Source: Promethearchaeota archaeon (GTDB taxonomy: Archaea; Asgardarchaeota; Lokiarchaeia; Sigyniarchaeales; SOKP01). From it: DNA of 64,000 bases. The number at the start of each line of letters is the position of its first letter. Position 1 is the first letter of the stretch. Below are positions 18,518 through 28,731 of this stretch, piece after piece. A model generated the notes under the pieces. It was given only the letters and a program-made list of their open reading frames with translations, was not told where the DNA came from and did not search any database. The DNA lies in NCBI GenBank assembly GCA_019058365.1, contig JAHPZE010000009.1, forward strand, positions 1-64,000. The letters are read 5' to 3'. A program made the position numbers and the translations under genes.

Positions 18518-19930
18518 TTAATTGTTAGTTAATTGTTCGTTCTTGTTTTTACGAAATCTCTTAGCTTGAATGGCAATGGTTTCAAGAAGTCTGCGTTGAT
18601 TTGTTGATATCCAAGGACCTTCACAATCTATCGCGGCATATGGAATATCACTTTTGTTTGCTAAAGGACGAATAATCGCTTGTGAGTTCATTGCTGGTTG
18701 ACAATTAAAAGTTCCTAAATTTATCAGACAATCATAAATACCTACCTTAATAGAATGCAAAAATCTTCCAGTTATTACTGGTGTTTCACTTAGACTATTT
18801 GAAGACACATATTTATTTCCCTCTTCAAAAAGATCAATAAAATCTATAAATGGGTCAAACATTAATCCTGATTTTTTCATAATTCTTTTGAAAATTTTAC
18901 ATTGTGAATTCAAGAAATTTAAAGCACTTCTATTTCGCTTTGCCCTGAAAGCATCCCTACGATCATTTTCATCTAAAGAATTAAATTCAAGTAATTGTTC
19001 ATCAAATTGTTCTTTTGGGGTGATAAATCCCTTTTTGAATCCGTATCTTATTGTACTTTCAGCTAAAATTAAACTCATAGACTCAACTATATCAACGACT
19101 TTCGTAATAATACCTCTCTCAAGAAAAAATTCTTCAATTGGATAATGATCAAACATTAAATTTAAACCCCCAAAAATTAATATTTTTGGGGTTTCCTCAA
19201 CTTTTGCTTTAAGAGGTATTTTTGAGATTTCTTTTGCCCATATTATTAAGCCAGTATTTAGTGATTTCGTTCCTTTCTTAATGTTATTAATAAAATCACT
19301 TGTTATATCTTCAAATAATTCCAAAGCTCTAATTTTGTTTTCAGCAACACAGTGTAAAGCATTTTTTGCTTCGATAATATATTGTCCTAAGATAAAATTA
19401 ATGTTCTCCCATGCTAATAGATCGCGATTCAACCCTAAATAATTATTAGTATATTTAGGGAAAGCACAAAAAATTACATTCTTAAAATTTAACCTTTTTG
19501 CAAAAGTATCCCAAAGAACGGGCCATGCTCCATTCTGACATGGACCGTGGTTATCTATTGGAGTTCGATATATGGTGATTTCATTTTCGTCTCTATTTTC
19601 ATTAAGATCCTTTAAAACTGCCCCTGCTATAGCAACACTAGCAAGGCATTCTCTTCCAGAACAGAATCTTTTAGCATATTGTAAAACTGATGCATCAGTT
19701 TCCTTGCTGATTCTAATATTACAATTATATTTTTTGAATAAATCTATTACAAGTCGTCTCCCATAAGGATTACGGGGTTCTGGGTCGACATATACTATTC
19801 TTGGATTGCTAAAGTCAATTTTTTGGTTATCGCTATCAATAATGTATTTATGATTTTCGGAAAATCGAGCTTGTCTTACAAAATTTTCTTTTTCAGTTTT
19901 AAGATTATTAGATTGGTTTATTTCGGTCAT
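18518..19930 (-). CDS. PlsR-like reductase subunit (Red2)
   Basis: CSGRECL, GPCQNG, FNCQP and DCEG; directly follows the PlsA-like gene. Confidence 0.75.
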   Translation of the reverse strand: MTEINQSNNLKTEKENFVRQARFSENHKYIIDSDNQKIDFSNPRIVYVDPEPRNPYGRRLVIDLFKKYNCNIRISKETDASVLQYAKRFCSGRECLASVAIAGAVLKDLNENRDENEITIYRTPIDNHGPCQNGAWPVLWDTFAKRLNFKNVIFCAFPKYTNNYLGLNRDLLAWENINFILGQYIIEAKNALHCVAENKIRALELFEDITSDFINNIKKGTKSLNTGLIIWAKEISKIPLKAKVEETPKILIFGGLNLMFDHYPIEEFFLERGIITKVVDIVESMSLILAESTIRYGFKKGFITPKEQFDEQLLEFNSLDENDRRDAFRAKRNRSALNFLNSQCKIFKRIMKKSGLMFDPFIDFIDLFEEGNKYVSSNSLSETPVITGRFLHSIKVGIYDCLINLGTFNCQPAMNSQAIIRPLANKSDIPYAAIDCEGPWISTNQRRLLETIAIQAKRFRKNKNEQLTNN

Positions 19931-19965
19931 TTTTTAGTCAGGTATGCTCTGATTTAATACATTTT

Positions 19966-22890
19966 TCAAATTTTTATTTTTTTTCGATGACGTTCTTCAA
20001 TAATATCCAGAAAAGCGCCCACCCGTGTTTCAAAACCAGCGTGGGCTGTATGAGAATCTATTTCAAGATAACAAAACGTGTGTCCTGCGAGTTGTTGTCG
20101 AAAATGGTGATACATAGTACCATCTGGGCCACAAGAAAAACAAGAAATGAAACATATGTATATGTTGGGGTACTTTTTTACATATTGAACCGCATTATTA
20201 ATCTCTTGAGTAAAATTCCATACATTTCTCTTATGTATAGCCCCATCATTTAAGGGTGGCAGCAAATCTGAAGGAATAGCATTATATCCTCTGCTAACAA
20301 TCTTACGAGGGAGTGCTATATTAACATTTGAAGGATATGCAACATAAGGTCTTCCCGCGATAATCACCGATGGTTTACGTAATAGATCTTTTATCATCTT
20401 TTTGCCAAATTCATCATATATTTTTCTGATCATTTTATAATGAGACAAGGCAATAAATCCTGCATTAATACCTACTTTAGTTTCTAACCCTAGCAAATTA
20501 GCAATTCGTCCAAACTCCTTCAAAGTCGTTTCGATAAGGTCTTCTGAGATAGCAATATGGGGTGTTAACATCTTTTCACCAATATTCTCAAAAGCTGCGC
20601 AGATTATATCTGGAATAGTTGTTGTAGAAGGACATGTATAACCATGAATGTAACCTTTTGGAACCTCCATTTCAATTACATGAGGTAAGAAAATATAATC
20701 AACATCACGATTAATAAGATCATTTACAGCTCCATGAACTAGTTCACAGGGATAGCATATAGGTGCTCTTGTTTTAGTATTACCAATTTTTGAAGGATTT
20801 GATAACACTACATTATAACCAAGCTCATTAATGAATTTAGTATATAATGGGAAGAGATTATGAGATGTTAAAGCCATAGGTAGCCCAATCGTACCAAGAG
20901 GATTCTTTAAAGGACGAGACCCAAATTCATCAAATATCATTTTGTTTCTAAATTCAACAAGATCATGACCTTCTTTTAATTTAACACCTTTTTGGCGTAA
21001 TAATTTATATTTAGAGCATAAACCACCAAATGGATAGACTTTACCTCTTATTGCAATTTTTTGAATTTCACAATTATTTTCACAGGCTTTACATCTAAAA
21101 GTATCTTTAACTTGTATTTCCCCTTTTATAAGACTTTCTAGCTTATATTTTTGTTCGGAGATAATTTTATTTTGTAAAAGATCTCTGGTCATAAGAGCAG
21201 TACCTACAGCTCCCATAAGTTCAGGATGTGCTGGTACAACAACATTTCGTTGTGAACGAGCTGCTATAGCTAATGCAACAGACTTATTGAGTGCAACACC
21301 CCCAAGAAAAAGTAAATTTTCACCTATTTGACGGGGACCTACAATTCGTGAAATATAATTATCAGCAATAGAATAAACTAAACCAGCAACAACATCTTCC
21401 GGATTTGCTCCTTGTTGAAGGGCGTTCCTTAAATCAGTATTGATAAATGCGGCACATCGTTCTCCAAATGCTATTGGATGAGCGCTTTTTAAAGCAAAAT
21501 CACTAATTTCTTCGACAGTTATCCCCATATCCACTGATGCAGATTCTTCAAGAAAACTTCCAGTTCCAGCTGAACAGCCTTCATTCATTGCATAATCAAT
21601 CGGGACACCTTTTAAAAACGAGATGAATTTTGAATCCTGACCTCCTATTTCAAATACGGTATCTACATTCGGAAGTTCTTCAGTGGCAGCTCTTGCATGT
21701 GCTAATATCTCATTAAAACTTCGACAATTATTTAAATAAACTGATACCATTTCTCTAGCTGAACCTGTGACCCCACATTGAATGATATTTATAGAATTTT
21801 CTCCAATTTGTTCCATAAGTTCATTTAGACAATGCTTAGTAGCTAATATTGGATTACCTAATGTTCGTAAATAAATACTTGCACCAATTGAATCGTCATT
21901 TGCATTAAATAACACAGCTTTTGTTGTAGTAGAACCTGCATCAATTCCGAGTATATATTTTTCTCCAGCTTCTATTTTCAATTTATTATCAGTACTTATA
22001 CGGTAATCTAAAAGAATTTCTGCTCTCTTGAGAGATTCATGAGTTTCAAATTCAACTTTCGAGGATTTAAACCTCTGATCATTTGTGATAAAGGATTCTG
22101 ATAACTCAGATGCAAATATTGATGCTCCAAATACTTCAAGATAAGGACTTTCAGGCAACATTTTAATTTCTGAATCCCTAAGAAAACTTGATAGATTCTC
22201 AATGAAGACTTTATTTAATGCAACTCCACCTGATATCACGATTAACCTTGTAGGCCATTGAGCGGATTCTATCATTTCACTAACTTTTCTTGCCAAATCA
22301 TAGATTAAAGTCTTTACTATATCTTCAGGTTTACATTCACCCTTATTGAGTTTATGAGTGGCATCGGATTTACAGTGAACAGAGCATCTTGTTGCCAATT
22401 GAGTGAAATTTCCTTTTAAGCTAGCTTCAATTCCTTCCTCGATAGACAATCCCATTCTTTGAAGTTGTTGGACAATGAATTCACCCGTACCAGCAGCACA
22501 TTTTGAGGTTGAAATAATGTTTTTTACAATACCATTTTTCATTGGATATACACTAAAAGTTTCTCCACCAAGTGAGAGGAGAATATCTGGCTTTAGATTA
22601 TAGAAGGATAATGCCTTTTCTAAGCATTCTACCTCTGAAATATATGGTAAATTAAGAAAAAAACTTGTAGCTTGACCAGTTATTACGATATTTGATTTAT
22701 TATCTACATTATATCGATCAAATATTTTTTTTATCTTTTCTCTCGGAGAACCCTCATGTCGTACAACCTCACTTAATATATGACCATTCTCCATTCTACG
22801 AACCCATTTTACTGAAACTGCACCAATCTCCAAGCCTTCAAAATATTGGATATTTTGTTTATTTATTCCAGAAAGACTCTCATTCAACAT
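19966..22890 (-). CDS. PlsA/Ger-like multidomain protein (two activase domains plus DUF2229 reductase)
   Basis: KCAAGTG/RCSVHC; GIDAGSTTTK, GGQDSK, MNEGCSAGTG, RCAAF; then CYPCEL, CPS, FSCGPD and DSH...TRVGAF. Confidence 0.88.
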   Translation of the reverse strand: MLNESLSGINKQNIQYFEGLEIGAVSVKWVRRMENGHILSEVVRHEGSPREKIKKIFDRYNVDNKSNIVITGQATSFFLNLPYISEVECLEKALSFYNLKPDILLSLGGETFSVYPMKNGIVKNIISTSKCAAGTGEFIVQQLQRMGLSIEEGIEASLKGNFTQLATRCSVHCKSDATHKLNKGECKPEDIVKTLIYDLARKVSEMIESAQWPTRLIVISGGVALNKVFIENLSSFLRDSEIKMLPESPYLEVFGASIFASELSESFITNDQRFKSSKVEFETHESLKRAEILLDYRISTDNKLKIEAGEKYILGIDAGSTTTKAVLFNANDDSIGASIYLRTLGNPILATKHCLNELMEQIGENSINIIQCGVTGSAREMVSVYLNNCRSFNEILAHARAATEELPNVDTVFEIGGQDSKFISFLKGVPIDYAMNEGCSAGTGSFLEESASVDMGITVEEISDFALKSAHPIAFGERCAAFINTDLRNALQQGANPEDVVAGLVYSIADNYISRIVGPRQIGENLLFLGGVALNKSVALAIAARSQRNVVVPAHPELMGAVGTALMTRDLLQNKIISEQKYKLESLIKGEIQVKDTFRCKACENNCEIQKIAIRGKVYPFGGLCSKYKLLRQKGVKLKEGHDLVEFRNKMIFDEFGSRPLKNPLGTIGLPMALTSHNLFPLYTKFINELGYNVVLSNPSKIGNTKTRAPICYPCELVHGAVNDLINRDVDYIFLPHVIEMEVPKGYIHGYTCPSTTTIPDIICAAFENIGEKMLTPHIAISEDLIETTLKEFGRIANLLGLETKVGINAGFIALSHYKMIRKIYDEFGKKMIKDLLRKPSVIIAGRPYVAYPSNVNIALPRKIVSRGYNAIPSDLLPPLNDGAIHKRNVWNFTQEINNAVQYVKKYPNIYICFISCFSCGPDGTMYHHFRQQLAGHTFCYLEIDSHTAHAGFETRVGAFLDIIEERHRKKIKI

Positions 22891-23199
22891 TCCGCATCAG
22901 CCGCATAATTTCAATAATGAAAATTTTACTTAGATATAGATTGATTTAAATAAATAAAGTAAAAAAATTATAGACATATATTTAAATATTATACCACAAA
23001 AAATAAGATTACTGATATTATTCCTTTAAGCTCATTAAATAATTGGCAAATACCAACTATTAGATAAATGCGGAATTTTTACCAGTAAACAATTTTTAAG
23101 CAAGATTAGTTATTAAAAAAGTTATTACTTTTTAATAAAAAAAATGAATGAAGGTTTATTCAATTAAAAAAGTGAGAAAACAATTAAAATCTTAAAGGT

Positions 23200-24258
23200 T
23201 TATAAAGTTTTAATTGCAGTAATTTTTTTTGAATCCATTTCTAATTTCTTTTTCTTCCTTCTAACCATTTCAACAAAGCTTTCCACTCTTGTTAAAAGAC
23301 CTGCTTCTCCACTATGTTCATCCATTGTTATTTCAAGAAAAGGCAACCCCACAACCCTCATATCTCGCATGACTAATTCAGAGATGAGGCTATCTGGACC
23401 ACAAGCAAAACTTATAAGGAAAATAACTCCATCAATCTCGCCACGACCCTTAGTGAGAAAATATCTAATTGATTGCATTATTTCCTCTTCATGTCTCCAA
23501 TAATTTCTAAGACGTTTATTTATAATCACTGGTTCTTTGAATAGTGATTCTGGTAAATTTTCAATTGTTATAACTTCAACCCCTTGATCTTGTAGTTTTT
23601 TCTGGAAATCTAAATTAATAAAAGTATCGAAAATATTATAAGCATGCCCTAAAAGTAAGAATTTAATGTCACCCTTGTGCGTTCTCTTAGGTAAGGTAAA
23701 TGGACGATCTCTTTCCACTAACCGTAATGCGTGATTGACTGGAGCTCCATCTCGTAAAAATTTATGATATTCATCAAAATATTTTTGAGCCTCTCTATAT
23801 GCATTTAAAGATTGATTTTGAGTTCTCCCTAATTCATTTCCAAGCTCGATTGCGGATGTCGCTATTGGAAACTCCTTTACATTCACTTCAAAATTTAATA
23901 TCTTTGGCACTTCTGGTAAAATTTTGATAATATCTGGGAGCGATAAGGATTTAGGGCAGAAATAAGCATCTTTTATTTCTGCTACATATCTTGGAACAAA
24001 GATATAGTCCAAATCAGGATGTTCTCGAACTAATTTCAACACTTGACCATAATATATCTTTACAGGAATACAGAGTTCTCCAAATCCGTGTGTTACCCCT
24101 TCCTCAACTATCTTCTTATTAGTTGGTGGACTTAAAATGATCTCAACATCTAATTCTTCAAGTAATTTTTTCCAAAATGGAAAATACCTATAAAAATGAA
24201 GAGCTCTCGGAATTCCAACTTTTATTTTTTTTTTGCTTGGTTGCTCACGTGTTTCCAT
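23200..24258 (-). CDS. Stand-alone DUF2229/COG3580 reductase subunit (Red1)
   Basis: VGIPRAL, ELCIPVK, FCPK, SFACGPD and DEHSGEAGLLTRVESF. Confidence 0.88.
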   Translation of the reverse strand: METREQPSKKKIKVGIPRALHFYRYFPFWKKLLEELDVEIILSPPTNKKIVEEGVTHGFGELCIPVKIYYGQVLKLVREHPDLDYIFVPRYVAEIKDAYFCPKSLSLPDIIKILPEVPKILNFEVNVKEFPIATSAIELGNELGRTQNQSLNAYREAQKYFDEYHKFLRDGAPVNHALRLVERDRPFTLPKRTHKGDIKFLLLGHAYNIFDTFINLDFQKKLQDQGVEVITIENLPESLFKEPVIINKRLRNYWRHEEEIMQSIRYFLTKGRGEIDGVIFLISFACGPDSLISELVMRDMRVVGLPFLEITMDEHSGEAGLLTRVESFVEMVRRKKKKLEMDSKKITAIKTL

Positions 24259-24278
24259 TTATTTAGTTCCTCAATAAC

Positions 24279-25955
24279 TCATGCATCAGGGGTGTCATAC
24301 AGAAGTAAATCTCTGATCTGATCCATCATCTTTTCTGTTAATCTCTTAAGTTCATCGTAATCCGGCATTGGCTTACCCCAATACTTTTGATGATCCATGA
24401 ATGGGGGACCGCATTTGAGAATTTGGCCTTTATAAAACTTCAACATTTTCGCATGTTTAGGATAGGTGGCTTCTGTTCCCGTTATACCAATTGGGATAAT
24501 AGGTACTTGTGTTTCGATGGCCAATCGCATAGGACCAGTATGACCTTCTAAAAGCTGACCATGTCCAAGATTGGTAGTTCCTTCGGGGTATGTACAAACT
24601 ACTTCACCCTGCTCAAGAAGTTCTTTTGCATAAATGTAAGCGTCAACATCGTGTTCTCCTCGTTTTAAAGGGAACGCATGATGATTTCTAACCCAAGCAT
24701 TAACAAGTGGAATTTTAAATAGCGATTGTTTTGCCATCTGATACATTACACGTCGGGGTTCATGATGCATCATAGCTGCTGCCAGTATAAGTACATCCCA
24801 TTCAGAATTATGACTAGGACAAATAAGCGCAGCTCCTTCTGCTGGAATATATTTATCAAAATCAATTACTCTATATGGCATCATGAGATCTGACCAATTA
24901 CATACTAAATCTCCTGAGAAAGCTTGCACTGTGTTTTGAAATTTCTTCCTTACTCCAAACTCCTCTAAACTTCTTAAAAGAGCGTACCAAGAATCATCAA
25001 TGAGATTAAGAATACCTTTTCCTTGATCTTTCAAATAACTCATGAAATTAAATTTAGATTCCTTTTCAACTTTTTCGGGTGAACCAATTGAGAGTTCTTC
25101 AACCTTTTCTTTTCCATAGATATTTTCACGTAATTCCCAGACTGTAGTTCTCAACTCATCAGTCAATCTTCTTATATCTTCATATGAGATTGTATTAATA
25201 TCATAATCAGAATAATAAATTGGATCGCCAACACGTACTTTTACTTGAGTTGGTTTCATTACTAGGTTACCTTTAGGTAGAGCATTTCTCGAGCCAATTA
25301 CAGCCATCGGTACAATTGGTACTTGCATCTCAATAGCAAGCCTTACAGCTCCAGTTTTAAATTCCCCTAAAGTTCCATCTTTTGACCTTGTGGCTTCAGG
25401 GAATATCCCTACCCATTCACCTCCCAGGATCACTTCCTTCGCTTTTTCCCATCCTCGTTCGGGGTTTTCACGATCGACTTTAAACGCTCCAAGATTATTG
25501 AAAAGCGTCCTTACAATAGGCGTCTTAAAGTTATCCAATTTACTCATATAGCGAATTCTTCTATGACAAGCAGCTCCATAGAAGAATGGGTCTATATGTG
25601 ACTCGTGATTGCCTACCAGAATACCCGGACCCCATTCTGGAAAAATGTTCCCTTTCGGATACTCTGCTTTGAAGTTCCAGAATGTACGAGCAGCCCATTT
25701 AATGTAAATATAAGCAGCCCACCACTGTAAACGTCCTTCAATCTGTTTTAGGTCTAAACGTTTTATAATGTATCGATATAAATCGTTGAGTGGGTCGATT
25801 GGGTTATATTTTAAAATCTTATATGTCCAATCCTGATGTCGCTTTTCATATTTTAACTCTTCATGCATTTTCTCTTCAATACTCTTCTTGAGGTCGATAT
25901 CTCGGGCGATGTCCATACCTTTCTTCTCTACTTTTTCGAGTTCCATACTAATCAC
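24279..25955 (-). CDS. Tandem two-domain PlsC-family glycerolipid acyltransferase
   Basis: Domain 1 has NHESHID and FPEATRS. Domain 2 has SHNSEWD and YPEGTT. Confidence 0.9.
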   Translation of the reverse strand: MISMELEKVEKKGMDIARDIDLKKSIEEKMHEELKYEKRHQDWTYKILKYNPIDPLNDLYRYIIKRLDLKQIEGRLQWWAAYIYIKWAARTFWNFKAEYPKGNIFPEWGPGILVGNHESHIDPFFYGAACHRRIRYMSKLDNFKTPIVRTLFNNLGAFKVDRENPERGWEKAKEVILGGEWVGIFPEATRSKDGTLGEFKTGAVRLAIEMQVPIVPMAVIGSRNALPKGNLVMKPTQVKVRVGDPIYYSDYDINTISYEDIRRLTDELRTTVWELRENIYGKEKVEELSIGSPEKVEKESKFNFMSYLKDQGKGILNLIDDSWYALLRSLEEFGVRKKFQNTVQAFSGDLVCNWSDLMMPYRVIDFDKYIPAEGAALICPSHNSEWDVLILAAAMMHHEPRRVMYQMAKQSLFKIPLVNAWVRNHHAFPLKRGEHDVDAYIYAKELLEQGEVVCTYPEGTTNLGHGQLLEGHTGPMRLAIETQVPIIPIGITGTEATYPKHAKMLKFYKGQILKCGPPFMDHQKYWGKPMPDYDELKRLTEKMMDQIRDLLLYDTPDA

Positions 25956-26175
25956 TCACGAATTATTAAAAATAGTATTAAATTTTAATAAAATTCAATA
26001 TTTTCAGCTGAATTATATCTTTACTTAAATACATATTGATATAAAAAATTATTGGTCGAAGTAATACTCAAAAAAGTATGATTAAAGATTTTGATTTGTA
26101 CTCTTGAATATTTACATCTTTCAATATTACATACAAAAGAGAATAATGAAAAAAAAAAAGAAAATATTATATGTT

Positions 26176-28590
26176 TTAATATTTTTTACGAATTTTTCTG
26201 ACTACAATTCCAGATATAATAACAATTAGTAAGGATATGAGGAATATATTATATCCTGGGATTTCGGGAGGCAAATCTTCCGTATCAATATATCCCATAG
26301 CGGATATTAATCCAAAAGGGAAAGTGGGCATTTCAATTATAATTGAATTTGTAGCGAAATTATATGTTACAGAAGTAAGATAGAATTCTGGCGGTGCTGG
26401 ATCCCATTCTTCTGTTCCACTCATGTTATACGCATAGAATAGGAATACTACACTGCTAAGGTCTATACTTGAAGGAAGTGTAATTGTCATGGTAACATTT
26501 CCAATAATTGAGCTATAGTTGATTAATAATTGATCAAAGAAAGCAAAATATGTACCTAATGGTAATGGTTCATCCACAGGATTCATAGGGAAGAAAGTAG
26601 AAATATATGCAGAATCCGAACCTATTACATCCATTTCTATAGTAACAGTTATACCTGAAGGAAAATAACTGCTTACTGTAAAAGTGTTAGTACCTGAATG
26701 GAGTGCTTGGTAAAATTTAGGATAAACCGAAATATAAGACCATTCTGATCCAGGACCCGGCATTTTCGTCCAACCGTACATCATAGTCATTCTACCTGAA
26801 ATTTCATCGAAATAAAAATGTAATTCTCTATTTACTGTGGTATTTTTAAGCAATACATGACCAGTGCTAAATGTTATATTATCGTAGACACCGCTCCACA
26901 TAACAAAGAAATCGGAAAGCTCAGAACTAGTGGTACTTTCAGGCATTAATATTGGTGGACCACCAACCTCAAATATTAAGGGTGAGACAGGCCAATAGAT
27001 ATTTGCTATAGCAATAATATTTTCATCAAAGAAAGTCCAAGATTCTGTGGATGGATTCCAAATTTCAAGAGAAGCTACAATATAAGAGAAAAATTGATAT
27101 TCTGGTTGACCTGAAGGTAAAACCAAGGGAATATCATAATAATTATAATCCTCAACGAGCCAAGTCATATTCGCATAAACTGTATGAGTTCCAATAATTG
27201 TTGCTTTAATATCATATAATTCGTCTTGATTGCTTTTGTAATAAATAACATGACCAAAATCGACGGACCAATCTACTAAAGTTTGAGTTTTTATCTCATA
27301 GTACATAAAACCATAAGGATTTAGCATTAGAAATGATTGAGTAATACCAGTTGTTTTATTTATTATGATTTTTACATGATCAATGCTTATAGAATTGCTT
27401 AATTCAAACTCTAAAAATTCATTTTCCATAATAATAATCTCATCAAAGTTCATTCCCTCCCAGATACGCAGTGTATCAAGATTCCACATAAATTCTATTT
27501 TTTCCAGTGGAATATTTATAGGCCAGATGAGAGGCAATATTGGATCTCCTACTTCATCATAATATTGGGGATAAAAGTTATTAGCCGCACCTACTATGAT
27601 ATTATCCATGAATTCATAATCTGTTCCATTCCACATGAACCTGTCAGCCAAGACAACTTGAAATACCATATAGATCAGACCATATGAAAAACCATTATTA
27701 GACTTTTCAAGTAGAATATCAGAAATTTCTGTAACTTTTAATTTAAAGTCAATAGCATCATCAATAGTATATTCATTCTCTATTGAATCATAGAAAATTT
27801 CATCTCCAATTTTAACACCCCACTCAACTTCATCAGTTATATCGTAATCAAATACCTGTCTCATTGAGGCATTAATTAACATTGGACCATCTCCCATATC
27901 AATCATCAAAAATACACTTCCATAATCCATCGTTCCGTTATCATAGTAATATCCCTCAACGAAAAATCCATCCGTAGAATTAGAGAAATATATTTTATTC
28001 GTCACATTATCAGATGTATAACTATCAAACGCGTTATATGCTCCCATTTGTGCTGCAGGATAATACATTGATTCATTTATAATTGGTGTTAAAACATCAA
28101 CTTCCAAACCATTTGAACCATTTATTGGAAGTATAAAGGGCATACCATTCTGACCTGCTCTAATTCTATGTTTTATCGGGTCAGTACTATTATACCCAAA
28201 TAGAGCGAGCTCTGTAGAGGGACCATACGCTTCTAATTCGTCTGAAGTGACATTATAATAACACTGTGTTGCATTTACTTGAGAGACTTCATTCTTTCCT
28301 AACCAATCAACAGTCCTATTTTCAATAGACGTAATATTAAAGATCCAGAGATCCTTAAACATCATTTCCACTTCACCAGTAGTACCATTAGCAATTATAA
28401 ATTCTCCTTCGAAATACAACTGATCTCCTTCATTAACATCCCAATGCCATTGATTATTAACATGTTCTTCTGGTATAAAAGGTCCTGCTTGAGTACTTAA
28501 GATTAAAAAACTAAATGTCATTGTAGTAGTCAAAAAAATTAGTAAAAGAACAATAATTCGCTTGTTGCTTTTTAACATCATCTTTAACAA
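26176..28590 (-). CDS. Cell-surface glycoprotein with IPGY (Loki-CTERM/PGF-like) anchor
   Basis: Signal peptide, many NxS/T sequons, three W.V..G...Y repeats, and EIPGY-TM-basic tail. Confidence 0.8.
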   Translation of the reverse strand: MLKMMLKSNKRIIVLLLIFLTTTMTFSFLILSTQAGPFIPEEHVNNQWHWDVNEGDQLYFEGEFIIANGTTGEVEMMFKDLWIFNITSIENRTVDWLGKNEVSQVNATQCYYNVTSDELEAYGPSTELALFGYNSTDPIKHRIRAGQNGMPFILPINGSNGLEVDVLTPIINESMYYPAAQMGAYNAFDSYTSDNVTNKIYFSNSTDGFFVEGYYYDNGTMDYGSVFLMIDMGDGPMLINASMRQVFDYDITDEVEWGVKIGDEIFYDSIENEYTIDDAIDFKLKVTEISDILLEKSNNGFSYGLIYMVFQVVLADRFMWNGTDYEFMDNIIVGAANNFYPQYYDEVGDPILPLIWPINIPLEKIEFMWNLDTLRIWEGMNFDEIIIMENEFLEFELSNSISIDHVKIIINKTTGITQSFLMLNPYGFMYYEIKTQTLVDWSVDFGHVIYYKSNQDELYDIKATIIGTHTVYANMTWLVEDYNYYDIPLVLPSGQPEYQFFSYIVASLEIWNPSTESWTFFDENIIAIANIYWPVSPLIFEVGGPPILMPESTTSSELSDFFVMWSGVYDNITFSTGHVLLKNTTVNRELHFYFDEISGRMTMMYGWTKMPGPGSEWSYISVYPKFYQALHSGTNTFTVSSYFPSGITVTIEMDVIGSDSAYISTFFPMNPVDEPLPLGTYFAFFDQLLINYSSIIGNVTMTITLPSSIDLSSVVFLFYAYNMSGTEEWDPAPPEFYLTSVTYNFATNSIIIEMPTFPFGLISAMGYIDTEDLPPEIPGYNIFLISLLIVIISGIVVRKIRKKY

Positions 28591-28731
28591 CTCTTATTAA
28601 ATCTTTTTTGACAATAATGTTATATTCTTATTTTTCAATAAATAAGATTAAACAAATAGTAATTGATTTTATTTTTATATTTATTGTCTAAAAATTGTGA
28701 ATAAAAGAAGTCTAAAAAATTTAGATAAGAG

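Noticed and set aside
19900-19990. TGA readthrough or frameshift fusing the PlsA-like and PlsR-like ORFs into one Ger-like protein
   Set aside because: The ORFs are out of frame and a TAA sits two codons before the PlsR ATG in its frame. The split also matches the known two-gene arrangement.
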